A stretch of 64,000 nt of DNA from Acidimicrobiia bacterium (lineage in GTDB: Bacteria; Actinomycetota; Acidimicrobiia; IMCC26256; JAENVU01): assembly GCA_038252255.1 (NCBI GenBank), contig JBBSAM010000022.1, forward strand, positions 2,062 through 66,061, read 5' to 3'. The notes under the pieces were generated by a model that saw only the letters and a program-made list of their open reading frames with translations, did not search any database and was not told where the DNA came from. Every line of letters begins with the position of its first letter. The first letter of the stretch is position 1. The translations under genes were made by a program, and so were the position numbers. Below, in pieces: positions 1 to 9,386 of the stretch.

Positions 1-249
1 TCGCGCGCGAAGGACGAGATGTTCGTGTACACGGACATTCCCGAGGCGCGTTGGTTCGTGGTCGAAGGCGACGACAAGAAGGCCGCGCGCATCAACTGCA
101 TCCACCACCTCCTGAGCCAGATCCCGTACGAGGACCGCACCCCGCCGGTGCTCGCGCTCCCGCCGCGCCAGCCCGACATGGGGTACGTGCGCCCCTCCCA
201 GTCGATCTACGCGCACGTCCCCGATCACGCGGCGACGCTCGCCACGTGA
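1..249 (+). CDS. polyphosphate kinase 2 (PPK2) family protein, C-terminal fragment; 5' end lies outside the window
   Basis: Frame 1 is open from nt 1 to TGA 247-249. The translation DEMFVYTDIPEARWFVVEGDDKKAARINCIHHLLSQIPYE fits the conserved PPK2 C-terminal block (W..VV..DDKK.ARLN.I.HLL..IPY) as I remember it. Confidence 0.7.
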   Translation, partial: SRAKDEMFVYTDIPEARWFVVEGDDKKAARINCIHHLLSQIPYEDRTPPVLALPPRQPDMGYVRPSQSIYAHVPDHAATLAT

Positions 250-1076
250 GGAACGCGCCGGCGCCGGCCGAATACCCGCCGGAGCAACACATCCTGCGCG
301 ACCTCCGGCTCACCGTCGAACACCGGCCCGGCGGCACCAGCACGGCATGGATGCCCGTCACCCCGCACATCTCCAACCCGTCCGGGTCACTGCACCCCGG
401 CGTCCTCAGCATCCTCGTCGACGTCGTCGGCGGGGGTCTCGCCGCAGTTGCCGCACGGCCGGACTGGATCGCGACCGCGGATCTGACGCTGCATCTCACC
501 CCGCGTCCGGTCACGGGCGACATCGAGGCCCACGGACGTGTCCTGCGCCAGGGCCGGACAACAGTCGTCATCGACGTGTCGCTGCGCGACGACCACGGCG
601 CCTCGCTCGGCTACGCCACGATGAGCTTCGCGGTCCTGCCGCGCCGGGCGGAGAACCTCTCCGTCGACCAGGTCGACCGCGTCAACCGTTTGACGATGGA
701 GAGGTCGGGCTCAGGCCTCACGGCTCCCTTCGACGAGCACGTGCACCTCACCGTGATCGAACCGCTCAACGGGATCGTCGATCTCCCGCTCCGGGACTAC
801 GTGGCGAACAGCCTGGGTGCGATCCAGGGCGGGATGATGGCCGCGGCCGCGGAGGCCGCCGCCCGGCAGGCCGTCGGCGCCGTCGGGGGGTCGCCCGTCG
901 AGACCGTCGACCTCCAGATCACGTACCTCGCGTTGGCGAAGGTCGGTCCCGTCCGCACCCGCGCCCGGCTGCTGAGCGTGACTCCGGAGTACGGGACTGC
1001 TCACGTCGAGATCTTCGATGTCGGGGCCGACGACCGCCTCACGACCGTCGCCACCGTCGTCGCCGGCCTCCCATGA
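246..1076 (+). CDS. PaaI-type hotdog-fold thioesterase with two fused hotdog domains
   Basis: This is the real part of track ORF 51..1076. The Arg-rich N-terminal extension overlaps the PPK2 gene and was discarded. GTG 246 overlaps the PPK2 stop (GTGA). There are two PaaI-like halves (..SGSLHPGVLSILVDVVGG.. and ..SLGAIQGGMMAAAAEAAA..). Confidence 0.6.
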   Translation: MRNAPAPAEYPPEQHILRDLRLTVEHRPGGTSTAWMPVTPHISNPSGSLHPGVLSILVDVVGGGLAAVAARPDWIATADLTLHLTPRPVTGDIEAHGRVLRQGRTTVVIDVSLRDDHGASLGYATMSFAVLPRRAENLSVDQVDRVNRLTMERSGSGLTAPFDEHVHLTVIEPLNGIVDLPLRDYVANSLGAIQGGMMAAAAEAAARQAVGAVGGSPVETVDLQITYLALAKVGPVRTRARLLSVTPEYGTAHVEIFDVGADDRLTTVATVVAGLP

Positions 1077-1888
1077 GCGCGTTCGCCGACTCGGAGACCG
1101 GGCGCGCGGTGAACCGTGTCACCCAGGTCTCGCTGCGCGAGGTGGACTACCCCGGCGCACCGAAGGACACGCACGTCGTGGGCGAGGTGCTGGACCTCGA
1201 GCACCTGCGCGGCCCGCGAGGGAACGTGCGGGCCGGCGCATTGCTGACGATGGCCGACACCGTGGGCGGGATGTGCGCCGGGCTCGCCGCGCTGCCGGGC
1301 TGGGTCGTGTCCACCAACCTGATGCTGCGGATCGATGCGGACGAGCACGCCGGGCCGCTCGCGCTCGATGCCCGCGTTCGTCGGGCCGGCCGCAACGCCG
1401 TCGTCACCCAGGTCCAGATCGCCGACTCGGGCGCGGCCGGCGCGATCGTTGCCGACGGCGTGCTGACGTCTGCGGTGCTGATCCCGGAAGGCGGACCTCC
1501 GGACTTCGGACGCCCGCTGGTGCTCGAGTCTCCCGAAGCACCGGACCCCGTGACCCCGCTCCTCGAATTCTTCGGCGTGCATCCGGTGGACGGCACCACG
1601 GTCGGGCTCGAGATCGTCGACCAGGTGCGCAACCCATGGGGGATCCTGCACGGCGGAGCTACCGCGGTGCTCGTCGACGCGGCGGCTGCGCACGCAGTCG
1701 GTGGCGACGCGGTCACCGCGGACGTCGTGCTGCACTTTCTCCGGCCCGGGCGAGTGGGCCCGGCCATCGCCCGTGCCTCCCTCCTCGGTGTACGCCGCGA
1801 CGGGCACCTGGTACGGGTCGAGGTCGTCGACGCGGGCGCGGGCGACCGCGTCATGGCGGTGGCCGTCGCGACCGTGCGAGCACCCTGA
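1073..1888 (+). CDS. PaaI-type hotdog-fold thioesterase with two fused hotdog domains (tandem paralog)
   Basis: ATG 1073 overlaps the upstream stop (ATGA). It has PaaI-type motifs NVRAGALLTMADTVGG and NPWGILHGGATAVLVDAAAAHAV. The first 240 codons of track ORF 347..1888 are out-of-gene Arg-rich noise. Confidence 0.6.
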   Translation: MSAFADSETGRAVNRVTQVSLREVDYPGAPKDTHVVGEVLDLEHLRGPRGNVRAGALLTMADTVGGMCAGLAALPGWVVSTNLMLRIDADEHAGPLALDARVRRAGRNAVVTQVQIADSGAAGAIVADGVLTSAVLIPEGGPPDFGRPLVLESPEAPDPVTPLLEFFGVHPVDGTTVGLEIVDQVRNPWGILHGGATAVLVDAAAAHAVGGDAVTADVVLHFLRPGRVGPAIARASLLGVRRDGHLVRVEVVDAGAGDRVMAVAVATVRAP

Positions 1889-1910
1889 ACCGCCGGGTAC
1901 CGTCCCCGGC

Positions 1911-3287
1911 GTGAGCAGTCCTCCTCCCCACCGGCCCCGCGGCTACAAGCTGCTGAAGACGCTCGCCTGGATCGTCGCCAAGGTCATCGTCCGCCGGCTC
2001 GACGTCACCGGCGCGGACCGCATCGTCGAGGGTCGGCCCACGATCATCGCCTCGAACCACAGCAACGGGTTGGCCGACCCGGTCGCGCTCGTCGCCCGCC
2101 TGCCGGGCTTCCCGCGCTTTCTCGCCGCGAGCTATCTCTGGAAGATCCCTCCGGCCCGCTTCCTCTTCTGGTTGGCCGAGGTGGTCCCGATCCACCGGCG
2201 CCGGGACGGCTCGGACACGCCCGACAACAAGTCCACGTTCGAGGCGTGCCACGAGGTGCTCGCCGAAGGCGCGCACATCCTGATCTACCCGGAAGGCGAG
2301 GTGCACCGGGAGCCGGCGATGCTGCCGCTCAAGACGGGGGCGGCCCGGATCGCGCTCGGCGCGGCCACGGAATCCGGCGTGCGCGGCATCACGATCGTCC
2401 CCGTCGGCATCGTGTACGACGACAAGGGGCGCTTCCGCTCTCAAGCCGCGATCCACGTCGGCAAACCGATCGCGGTCGACGACTGGGTGGAGCGCTACTA
2501 CATCGACGAGAAGACGACGGTGCGAGCGCTCACCGACGCGCTCGCCGAGCGGATGCGGGACGTGACTCTCAACCATGCGTCCTGGCGCGAGGCGATGGTG
2601 ATCGACCGTGCCGCGGCGATCACCATCCTCGGCGAACGGGATGCCGGGCCGCGTGAACCCGTCTTCGCCGAGCGGAGCGCGCTCCACCGGGCGCTGCTCG
2701 GCGCGATCGCGGCCAGCGGTGGCGAGGAGGGCGAGGCCTTCCAACGCCTGGCGAACGCGGTCGAGGCCTACCGGCGAGACATTGCGTTGCTCGGCATCGA
2801 CAACCCGCGTGCAGTTCCCAGGCTCCAGCCCGGGTGGATCCGCCTCCGGCTCGCGCGTCTCGCCATCGGCAGCGTCACCCTCATGCCGTTCGCGGCCGTG
2901 GGGATGATCCTCGACGGACCGGTCGTGCTCGCGGTCAACCTCGTGAGGTCGCGTGTCGACCACCCGGCCTGGCAGATGACCGCCAAGGGACTCACGGGCT
3001 TCGTGTTGTTCCCGGTGCTGTGGGCCACCGAGACGACGCTCGCCTACCGCCGGTTCGGCGGCCGGGTAGCACTCGGCGTGGCCGCGGCCGGGCCGATCGG
3101 CGGGATCGCGTGGATCGCGTGGCGGGTCCGCTGGCTGCGCTGGCGGCGAACCGTCGCGAGCCTGGAGTGGTTCCGGCACCCGGACGCCGCGCTCGCCGCG
3201 GCACGCTCGAGCCGGGAGGCCGTGCTCGGGCAGGTGGGCGAGCTGGTCGGGGAGCCCGCCGTGGCCCGCGCTCGCGTCATGGCCTGA
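1911..3287 (+). CDS. PlsC/AGPAT-family acyltransferase with C-terminal membrane domain
   Basis: It has the NHSNGLADP (H-x4-D) and IYPEGE acyltransferase motifs. The C-terminal part contains hydrophobic helices (LARLAIGSVTLMPFAAVGMILDGPVVLAV.., GFVLFPVLWATE..). GTG 1911 is the first start after the upstream stop, but no clear SD is present, so the start is uncertain. Confidence 0.65.
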   Translation: MSSPPPHRPRGYKLLKTLAWIVAKVIVRRLDVTGADRIVEGRPTIIASNHSNGLADPVALVARLPGFPRFLAASYLWKIPPARFLFWLAEVVPIHRRRDGSDTPDNKSTFEACHEVLAEGAHILIYPEGEVHREPAMLPLKTGAARIALGAATESGVRGITIVPVGIVYDDKGRFRSQAAIHVGKPIAVDDWVERYYIDEKTTVRALTDALAERMRDVTLNHASWREAMVIDRAAAITILGERDAGPREPVFAERSALHRALLGAIAASGGEEGEAFQRLANAVEAYRRDIALLGIDNPRAVPRLQPGWIRLRLARLAIGSVTLMPFAAVGMILDGPVVLAVNLVRSRVDHPAWQMTAKGLTGFVLFPVLWATETTLAYRRFGGRVALGVAAAGPIGGIAWIAWRVRWLRWRRTVASLEWFRHPDAALAAARSSREAVLGQVGELVGEPAVARARVMA

Positions 3288-3290
3288 TCG

Positions 3291-3686
3291 TCATCGGATG
3301 CGGCCTGTCGCGAGATCCTCGGCCGCGATCTGACGGGCCAGGTAGAGGTGCAGCACCGCGGACTTCGCTGCGAGGATGCCGATGAGGCGCGCCCGCTTCG
3401 GGAGACCGGGTGTCGCGAGCAGCACGAGGGCGTCGAAGCCGTCGCACACCGCCATCATCGAGAGCCAGTCGCCGCCCCCGGCGTGCTGACCGGTCGCGAT
3501 CGATCCACCCGCGCCCAACACACCGTCCCGGACACCCATCAGCCGAGCGATCGCGCGCGCGCCGGGGTGGTTGGCACCACGACCGAACGCGATCACGACC
3601 GTCGGGCCCGGTACGAGCATCGCTCCGAGCCCGAGACCGACCCTGGCCCGGGCCAGGTACGTCCCGATCTGACGAGCGTCCATCAC
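3291..3686 (-). CDS. small hydrophobic protein of unknown function (possibly DUF4267-like)
   Basis: This is a 131-codon ORF with high GC3. Its start (GTG 3686 or ATG 3683) overlaps the stop of the upstream oxidoreductase gene. The sequence is Gly/Ala/Leu-rich with predicted helices. I recognised no motif with confidence. Confidence 0.4.
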   Translation of the reverse strand: MMDARQIGTYLARARVGLGLGAMLVPGPTVVIAFGRGANHPGARAIARLMGVRDGVLGAGGSIATGQHAGGGDWLSMMAVCDGFDALVLLATPGLPKRARLIGILAAKSAVLHLYLARQIAAEDLATGRIR

Positions 3687-4681
3687 ACACCTCGCAGGGG
3701 AAGACCGGCCGCTTCGTACACCGCATCAACGACGCGCATGTTCGCGACCGAGTCGGACGGGGGTGTCAGCGTCGGGGCACCACGCAGCACCGCGTTCGTG
3801 AACGCCTCGAGCTGGTAGGAGTAGGTCGGCTTCTTCGCGCCGTCGACCTTCACGCGTTGCTTGTTCCCGCCGGTACGGACCGTGATGCGGTAACCCATCT
3901 GCGGCCCGGTCGGGTTGAACACCGTGAGGCTGCCGCGATCACCGGTGACCTTGACCGAGATCTTCAGCAGCGAGGTGGACCAGAGCGCGCAGGTCATGGT
4001 GCCACTCAAACCGTCCGAGTACCGCAGCTCGGCCCGCATCCACCGGTCGACGTTCGGCTTGGCGAGACGCGCGTTCGCGCGCACCACCGTCGGCTCGCGC
4101 CCGGCCATCAGGCGGTTCATGTGGATCGCGTAGCAGCCGACGTCCATGACTGCTCCGCCACCGAGCGCGTAGCTGTACCGGATGTCCTTCGGCAACGGCA
4201 GCGGAATGCACATCGAGGTCTCGATCCGGCGCAGCTCACCGAGCTCGCCGGACTGCGCGATCTCGCGCATGCGCTCGGCGACCGGGTGGTAGCGGTAGTG
4301 GAACGCCTCCATCACGACGAGGTCGGTCGGTGCTGCCAGGTCCGCAACCCGTTGCGCTTCGGCCGCGTTCGCCGTGAAGGGCTTCTCACAAAGCACGTGC
4401 TTCCCCGCCGCGATCGCCCGCTCGGTCCATTCGGCGTGCAGGCCATTCGGAAGCGGGTTATAGATCGCGTCGATCTCAGGATCGGCGATCAGCGACTCGT
4501 AGTCGTCGAAGACTCGTGGTATCCCGTGCTTCGCGGCGAACTTCTCCGCCCGTCCGCGGTCTCGCGCCGCGATGCCGGCGACCTCGACCTCAGGCACCAG
4601 GCGCGCGGGGCGCACGATCGCGGCCGGCGCGATCCGGGCGGCACCGAGCACTCCGACTCTGATCACTTGCGGGGGCGCCAT
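3683..4681 (-). CDS. Gfo/Idh/MocA family NAD(P)-dependent oxidoreductase
   Basis: It has an N-terminal Rossmann segment IRVGVLGAARIA and the family motif GKHVLCEKPF. At 332 aa the length is typical. Confidence 0.75.
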   Translation of the reverse strand: MAPPQVIRVGVLGAARIAPAAIVRPARLVPEVEVAGIAARDRGRAEKFAAKHGIPRVFDDYESLIADPEIDAIYNPLPNGLHAEWTERAIAAGKHVLCEKPFTANAAEAQRVADLAAPTDLVVMEAFHYRYHPVAERMREIAQSGELGELRRIETSMCIPLPLPKDIRYSYALGGGAVMDVGCYAIHMNRLMAGREPTVVRANARLAKPNVDRWMRAELRYSDGLSGTMTCALWSTSLLKISVKVTGDRGSLTVFNPTGPQMGYRITVRTGGNKQRVKVDGAKKPTYSYQLEAFTNAVLRGAPTLTPPSDSVANMRVVDAVYEAAGLPLRGV

Positions 4682-4705
4682 CGGCCGGACCCTAGTGGGA
4701 GGAGC

Positions 4706-5539
4706 TCACGTGTACTTCGTGATGTAGCCGCGCCGGCGGAAGAGGGCGAGCATGCGGACGAGGAACCACGACGCGAGTACGGCGAGCACCGTGGTCTCGG
4801 CCGCGGCGATGCCGAGCTGGCCCCAGTCGAGGCTGTGACCGTCGACGAGGCCGCGCAGTGCCGCGAACGCGTGGGTCGTCGGCAGGGCGAGCGACAGCGG
4901 CTGCAGCACCGTCGGGAGCGCGTCGACCGGGTAGAAGACCCCGGACAGCGGCAGCACGACGAACATGACTCCCCAGGCCAGCGCTTCGGCTCCCGTGCCG
5001 AAGCGGAGCACGATGCCGATCACGAGCAAGGAGATGCACCAACCGACCATGAGCAACACCGCCGCGATGGGCAGGATGCCGAAGCCGAGGGTGGACACGT
5101 CGAACGCGTAGAAGACGAACGCGCCGATGGTGAGCAGTCCGACGCCGATGCAGAGCTTGAGCATCCCGAACATCGCCACGCCGGCCATGTACTCGACCTC
5201 GCGGATCGGGGTGACCATCAGGTTCAGCAGGTTCCGGCTCCACGTCTCCTCGAGGAAGCCGGTGCTCACGGCGATCTGCGACTGGTAGACGACGTGCCAC
5301 AGCACGATGCCGGCCAGGAGATAGCCGGCGGCGCGCTCACCCGATGATGCGGAACCTCGCGACACGTACGTCGCCAGCGCGCCGAACAGCACCACATCCA
5401 CCAACGGCCACAACGTGACGTCGAAGAGACGGTGAGGACTGCGCGCGAGCACGTAGGCGTGCCGGCGCGCGACCGCCCGCATGCGCAGCCAGGTCAGCGA
5501 CGCGCCCTCCACCCGCACCGGCATCGCGTCGCGGCTCAC
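4706..5539 (-). CDS. ABC-2 type transporter permease
   Basis: A 277-aa polytopic protein with about 6 hydrophobic helices. Its GTG start overlaps the stop of the upstream ATPase gene (GTGA), the typical ABC-2 exporter pairing. Confidence 0.7.
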   Translation of the reverse strand: MSRDAMPVRVEGASLTWLRMRAVARRHAYVLARSPHRLFDVTLWPLVDVVLFGALATYVSRGSASSGERAAGYLLAGIVLWHVVYQSQIAVSTGFLEETWSRNLLNLMVTPIREVEYMAGVAMFGMLKLCIGVGLLTIGAFVFYAFDVSTLGFGILPIAAVLLMVGWCISLLVIGIVLRFGTGAEALAWGVMFVVLPLSGVFYPVDALPTVLQPLSLALPTTHAFAALRGLVDGHSLDWGQLGIAAAETTVLAVLASWFLVRMLALFRRRGYITKYT

Positions 5540-6309
5540 AGTGCGTGGTCCGTCTGCTGGGTGTGCGGCGGCTCCTGGTCGGGCAAGCGGTCTTCGGCCA
5601 GATGGAGGAAGACGCCTTCGAGATCGGACCGACCGAACCGCGACACGACCTCGTCCGGAGTGCCGTCGGCGACGACACGGCCCTGAGCGAGAAAGATCAC
5701 CCGCTGGCAGAGCCGGGAGACCTCGGCCATGTCGTGGCTGGTGACGAGCAGGGCCGTGCCGTCCTCGTCGCAGAGCGCGCGGAGCCCGGTGCGCACCCGC
5801 AACGCGACATCCGGGTCGAGCGACGCGGTGGGCTCGTCCAGGACGAGCAGGCGCGGTCGGTGCAGCGTGGCGCGCACGATGCCGACGAGCGTGCGCTGAC
5901 CCGACGAGAGCTCGGTACCCCAGGCATCGGCGAGGTGCTCGACGCGAAATCGCGCGAGGCCGACTTCGATCGCCGCGCGCGGATCCGCGATCCCGTAGAG
6001 GTTGCCGTAGAGCCGCAGGTACTCGCGCACCCGGAGTCGCTCGGCCAGCGGGAGGTAGCCCGCGGCGAATCCCACGTTGGCGGCCGCGCGACTGCGGTGC
6101 TGCTCCACCTGCTCGCCACAGATGGCGACGGTGCCCTCGTCCGGCGAGACGACGCCGAGCAGCATGAGCAGCGTCGTGGTCTTTCCCGCGCCGTTCGGCC
6201 CGAGCAATCCCACGCGCTCGCCCTCGCGCACCGAAAGATCGACGCCGTCAACCGCACGAGACCGCCGGTAGTCCTTCACCAGACCCCTGGCGTCGAGCAC
6301 GGTCTCCAT
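5536..6309 (-). CDS. ABC transporter ATP-binding protein
   Basis: It has Walker A GPNGAGKTT, ABC signature LSSGQ, Walker B LLVLDEPT and the H-loop region TSHD. Confidence 0.85.
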   Translation of the reverse strand: METVLDARGLVKDYRRSRAVDGVDLSVREGERVGLLGPNGAGKTTTLLMLLGVVSPDEGTVAICGEQVEQHRSRAAANVGFAAGYLPLAERLRVREYLRLYGNLYGIADPRAAIEVGLARFRVEHLADAWGTELSSGQRTLVGIVRATLHRPRLLVLDEPTASLDPDVALRVRTGLRALCDEDGTALLVTSHDMAEVSRLCQRVIFLAQGRVVADGTPDEVVSRFGRSDLEGVFLHLAEDRLPDQEPPHTQQTDHAL

Positions 6310-6366
6310 ATGGGCGATGCTCGCAGCCTTCCGGACGCGGAGCCAACGAGTTTGTAACGTAGGGCT

Positions 6367-6723
6367 GTGCCCGACTTCGCCGACGACACCAGCAGCGAGC
6401 TCGAGCGCAAGGCCCGTGCCCTCTCGGTCGTTGCGCTCGTGGAGACCTGCAGCTACCTGCTGCTCTTCTACTGCTGGCAGATCGCGAAGACCGATACCGG
6501 CACCGCGATCGTCGGGTCACTGCACGGGATGATCTGGTTGGCGTTCTGCGCCATGGTGATCATGATCGCCCCGGCGATGGGCTGGACGTGGCTCTACGTG
6601 GCCGTCGTCATCATCACCGGCCCGATCGGCGCGCTCATGGTGTGGGCCCGCCTGCGCCGCGGGGGCGTGCCGGTTCCGGGGCACGAGACAGACGTCACGA
6701 AACCCGGTCCTGCACGGCCGTAG
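6367..6723 (+). CDS. DUF3817-like small integral membrane protein
   Basis: A 118-aa protein with the pattern ..VVALVETCSYLLLF....GSLHGMIWLAF..W......GPIGALMVW.., which resembles the DUF3817 (YdzA-like) family as I recall it. Confidence 0.55.
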   Translation: MPDFADDTSSELERKARALSVVALVETCSYLLLFYCWQIAKTDTGTAIVGSLHGMIWLAFCAMVIMIAPAMGWTWLYVAVVIITGPIGALMVWARLRRGGVPVPGHETDVTKPGPARP

Positions 6724-7038
6724 GAGAAATCTCTGAAACTGCCCACTTGGTATCAGACGGTGCCGATGGGGCTGCGGTGCGTGACATTCTGACCCAAGAT
6801 CTCTCCGCGACGACCACGAGCCGCGCGCCCTGTGGATACGCCATTACGGCGAGCGCGCAGGCCCACTCACTACCCTCGTCGGTGATCCCCCCCAGGGTCG
6901 GCGGAGACCTGCGGGGTCAAGGTCCCTCCCCTGATTGCCGATCCTCAATACGGCGCTGAGCACGACACGGACGCCAGCACCACTGCACGGATGCCCACAC
7001 CCAAACGCCAGCACAGCCGCGAGAGGAAGCAACCCATT

Positions 7039-8217
7039 ATGCGACGACTTATCGCCGCGATCTTCATCGTTGCCATCGCAGCGTTCGTCATCTCCACGAG
7101 CCAGGGCGCGAACGCTGCGGACCCGGCCGCGGAGTCTGACTTCATCGCGAGAATCAACTCACTGCGGGCCACCCGCGGCGAGGCCGCGCTGCAGGAGCAC
7201 CCGGTGCTCACTGCGAAGGCGCAAGCCTGGGCCGCGCACATGGCCGCCACCGGTTGCCTGTGCCACTCGAATCTCTCCGACGGTGTCACCGTCGGTTGGC
7301 GCAAGCTCGGTGAGAACGTCGGACGCGGTCCGAGCGTCGCCTCACTGCACGACGCGTTCGTCAACTCCCCCGCGCACCAGGCGAACATGCTCGACGCCAG
7401 CTTCGGCTACGTCGGTGTCGGTGTTGCGTACGGAGGCGGACAGATGTGGGTCGCGGAAGTGTTCATGAACGGCGACCCGCCGCCCGCACCGCGCATCGAC
7501 CCCAGGGCGTTGCTGGTGCTCCAGGCGCGCGGCAAGGCCATCGCGGCTCGACCCCAGGGAGGGTTCTGGGTGCTCGAGGGCAACGGCAACGTCACTCCGT
7601 ACGAAGGTGCGCCGGACCTCGGCCACCCGAGCTTCGGCTTCGACATCGCCCGCGACATCGTGAGCATGCCGGACGGAAACGGCTTCGCCATCCTCGACGG
7701 ATTCGGTGCGGTGCACCGCTACGGGAGCGCGGTCAACTATCTGGCCGGCGTCAACGAACCCTGGTTCGGGTGGGACATCGCCCGCAGCCTGGCCCTCGCC
7801 CCCAACGGCCATGGATACACCGTCCTCGACGGGTTCGGTGGCGTGCACCGCTTCGGCAGCGCTCCCGCAGTCCACGGCACGCCGTACTGGCCGGGCTGGA
7901 ACATCGCCCGCGCCGCGGCGTACACGCCGAGCGGTGGGTTCTATGTCCTCGACGGCTTCGGCAAGGTCTGGGCCACCGACGGCGCCCCGTCCTTGGGGAA
8001 CCCGTGGTTCGGTTGGGACATCGCCCGTGACATCACGGTATGGCCCGGTGGCCACGGCTACGCGGTGACCGACGGCTTCGGTGGGATCTTCCACTACGGC
8101 AACGCCCGCACGCCGGCACCGACGATCTACGAGCCCCTCGACCTCTGGCGCGGCATCACCGTCCAGGACGGTACGTACCTCGTGATCCGCAACGACGGGT
8201 TCATCCAGCGGGTCTGA
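7039..8217 (+). CDS. secreted CAP/SCP (PR-1-like) domain protein fused to about six GWDIAR..G.GY.VLDGFGG.H repeats
   Basis: ATG 7039 is preceded by GAGAGGAAG (7021-7029). The signal peptide is MRRLIAAIFIVAIAAFVISTSQGANA. The CAP-like block (aa 33-144) includes ..HSNLSDG..GENVG..SPAHQANMLD..YVGVGVA.. The C-terminal 230 aa are about 45-aa repeats. Confidence 0.7.
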   Translation: MRRLIAAIFIVAIAAFVISTSQGANAADPAAESDFIARINSLRATRGEAALQEHPVLTAKAQAWAAHMAATGCLCHSNLSDGVTVGWRKLGENVGRGPSVASLHDAFVNSPAHQANMLDASFGYVGVGVAYGGGQMWVAEVFMNGDPPPAPRIDPRALLVLQARGKAIAARPQGGFWVLEGNGNVTPYEGAPDLGHPSFGFDIARDIVSMPDGNGFAILDGFGAVHRYGSAVNYLAGVNEPWFGWDIARSLALAPNGHGYTVLDGFGGVHRFGSAPAVHGTPYWPGWNIARAAAYTPSGGFYVLDGFGKVWATDGAPSLGNPWFGWDIARDITVWPGGHGYAVTDGFGGIFHYGNARTPAPTIYEPLDLWRGITVQDGTYLVIRNDGFIQRV

Positions 8218-8298
8218 ATTCCGAGATCTCCGTCGGCCGAGCGATGCAAGCTGGATCGACTCGAGGGCCGACGGAGGTTTCCGGGAAGGAACTCGATG

Positions 8299-8329
8299 AC
8301 CGCCCCTTGCCACTCCGGCAAGGGGCGGT
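8299..8329. terminator. perfect 13-bp stem / 5-nt loop hairpin between convergent genes
   Basis: ACCGCCCCTTGCC (8299-8311), loop ACTCC, GGCAAGGGGCGGT (8317-8329), followed by TTGTCGTT. It lies between the stop of the CAP-repeat gene (8217) and the stop of the MDR gene (8336). Confidence 0.6.
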
Positions 8330-8335
8330 TGTCGT

Positions 8336-9349
8336 TCACGGAGTCGCTTCGGCGACGCGGACGATGAGCTTGCCCGCATGCTCACCGGTGAACAACCGGT
8401 TCAGCGCGTCCGGCGCATGCTCGAGCCCTTCCACGACCTCGACCGCGTACTTGATGCGCCCCTCGGCGACCCACGGCACGAGCTCCATGATCGCCTCGAC
8501 GAACCGATCGAGGTAGTCCAAGATGATGAAGCCCTCCATGCGGCCGCGCTGCATGATGAGCTCCTTGTAGTTCTTGAGCCCCGCGCTCTCGGCGCGCGTG
8601 TACTCGGAGATCGCGCCACACATGACGATGCGCGCACCGATGTTGATCTGGAGCAACACGGCGTCGAGGATCTCACCACCGACGTTGTCGAAGTACACGT
8701 CGATCCCGTCGGGGCACAGCTCGCGGAGCCGCGTCGCGACGTCCTCGGTCTTGTAGTTGATGCACGCGTCGAAACCGAGCTCTTCCACGACCCACCGACA
8801 CTTCTCGTCGGTGCCCGCGATGCCTACGACCAGACCGGCGCCCTTGATCCGTGCGATCTGGCCCGCGACCGAACCGACGCCGCCGGCCGCGCCCGAGACC
8901 ACGACGGTCTCACCCGGCTGCGGCCTCCCGATCTCGATGAGCCCGAAGTACGCGGTGACGCCCGTCCCTCCGTAGATGCTGAGCATGTCCTCGGCCGGGA
9001 TCCCCGGCGGCACGACCTGGCCCGTCTCGCCGTCGGTGATCTTCCAGTAGTCCTGCCAGCCCGGCATTCCCATCACGAGATCACCCGCGTCGAACCCCTC
9101 GCGGCGACTCTCGACCACCTCGCCGAGCCCGGCGGCGCGCACGACGTCGCCGATGCGGATCGCAGGCAGGTACGAGTCCTCCTCACGCATCCAGACCCGG
9201 TTCGTCGGGTCGACCGAGAGCGCGAGCACGCGGACGAGCGCCTCGCCCTCGGCGACGGGCGGCACCGGTTCCTCGACTCGCGCCAAGCAGTCCTCGGTCA
9301 CGAGCCCTTCGGGTCGGGCGGTCAGCAGGATGCGTCGATTCGCGGTCAT
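8336..9349 (-). CDS. NADP-dependent oxidoreductase, medium-chain dehydrogenase/reductase family (YncB/CurA alkenal-reductase-like)
   Basis: It has the nucleotide-binding motif VSGAAGGVGSVAGQIARIKG. The overall layout and 337-aa length match the zinc-independent MDR enone reductases. Confidence 0.75.
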   Translation of the reverse strand: MTANRRILLTARPEGLVTEDCLARVEEPVPPVAEGEALVRVLALSVDPTNRVWMREEDSYLPAIRIGDVVRAAGLGEVVESRREGFDAGDLVMGMPGWQDYWKITDGETGQVVPPGIPAEDMLSIYGGTGVTAYFGLIEIGRPQPGETVVVSGAAGGVGSVAGQIARIKGAGLVVGIAGTDEKCRWVVEELGFDACINYKTEDVATRLRELCPDGIDVYFDNVGGEILDAVLLQINIGARIVMCGAISEYTRAESAGLKNYKELIMQRGRMEGFIILDYLDRFVEAIMELVPWVAEGRIKYAVEVVEGLEHAPDALNRLFTGEHAGKLIVRVAEATP

Positions 9350-9386
9350 GGACCCAATCTTTCACGCCCTCCTAGAGTTCGCATCC

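Noticed and set aside
6724-7038. A 315-nt lower-GC leader upstream of the secreted CAP-repeat gene. I considered a cyclic-di-AMP (ydaO-type) riboswitch, which often precedes actinobacterial secreted wall enzymes.
   Set aside because: Segments such as CGGAGACCUGCGGGGUCAAGG are superficially similar. The highly conserved 3' block (..CCGAAUCCG.CAGCUAACCUCGUAAGCG) is absent. I therefore do not call a riboswitch. A cmscan with RF00379 would be decisive.
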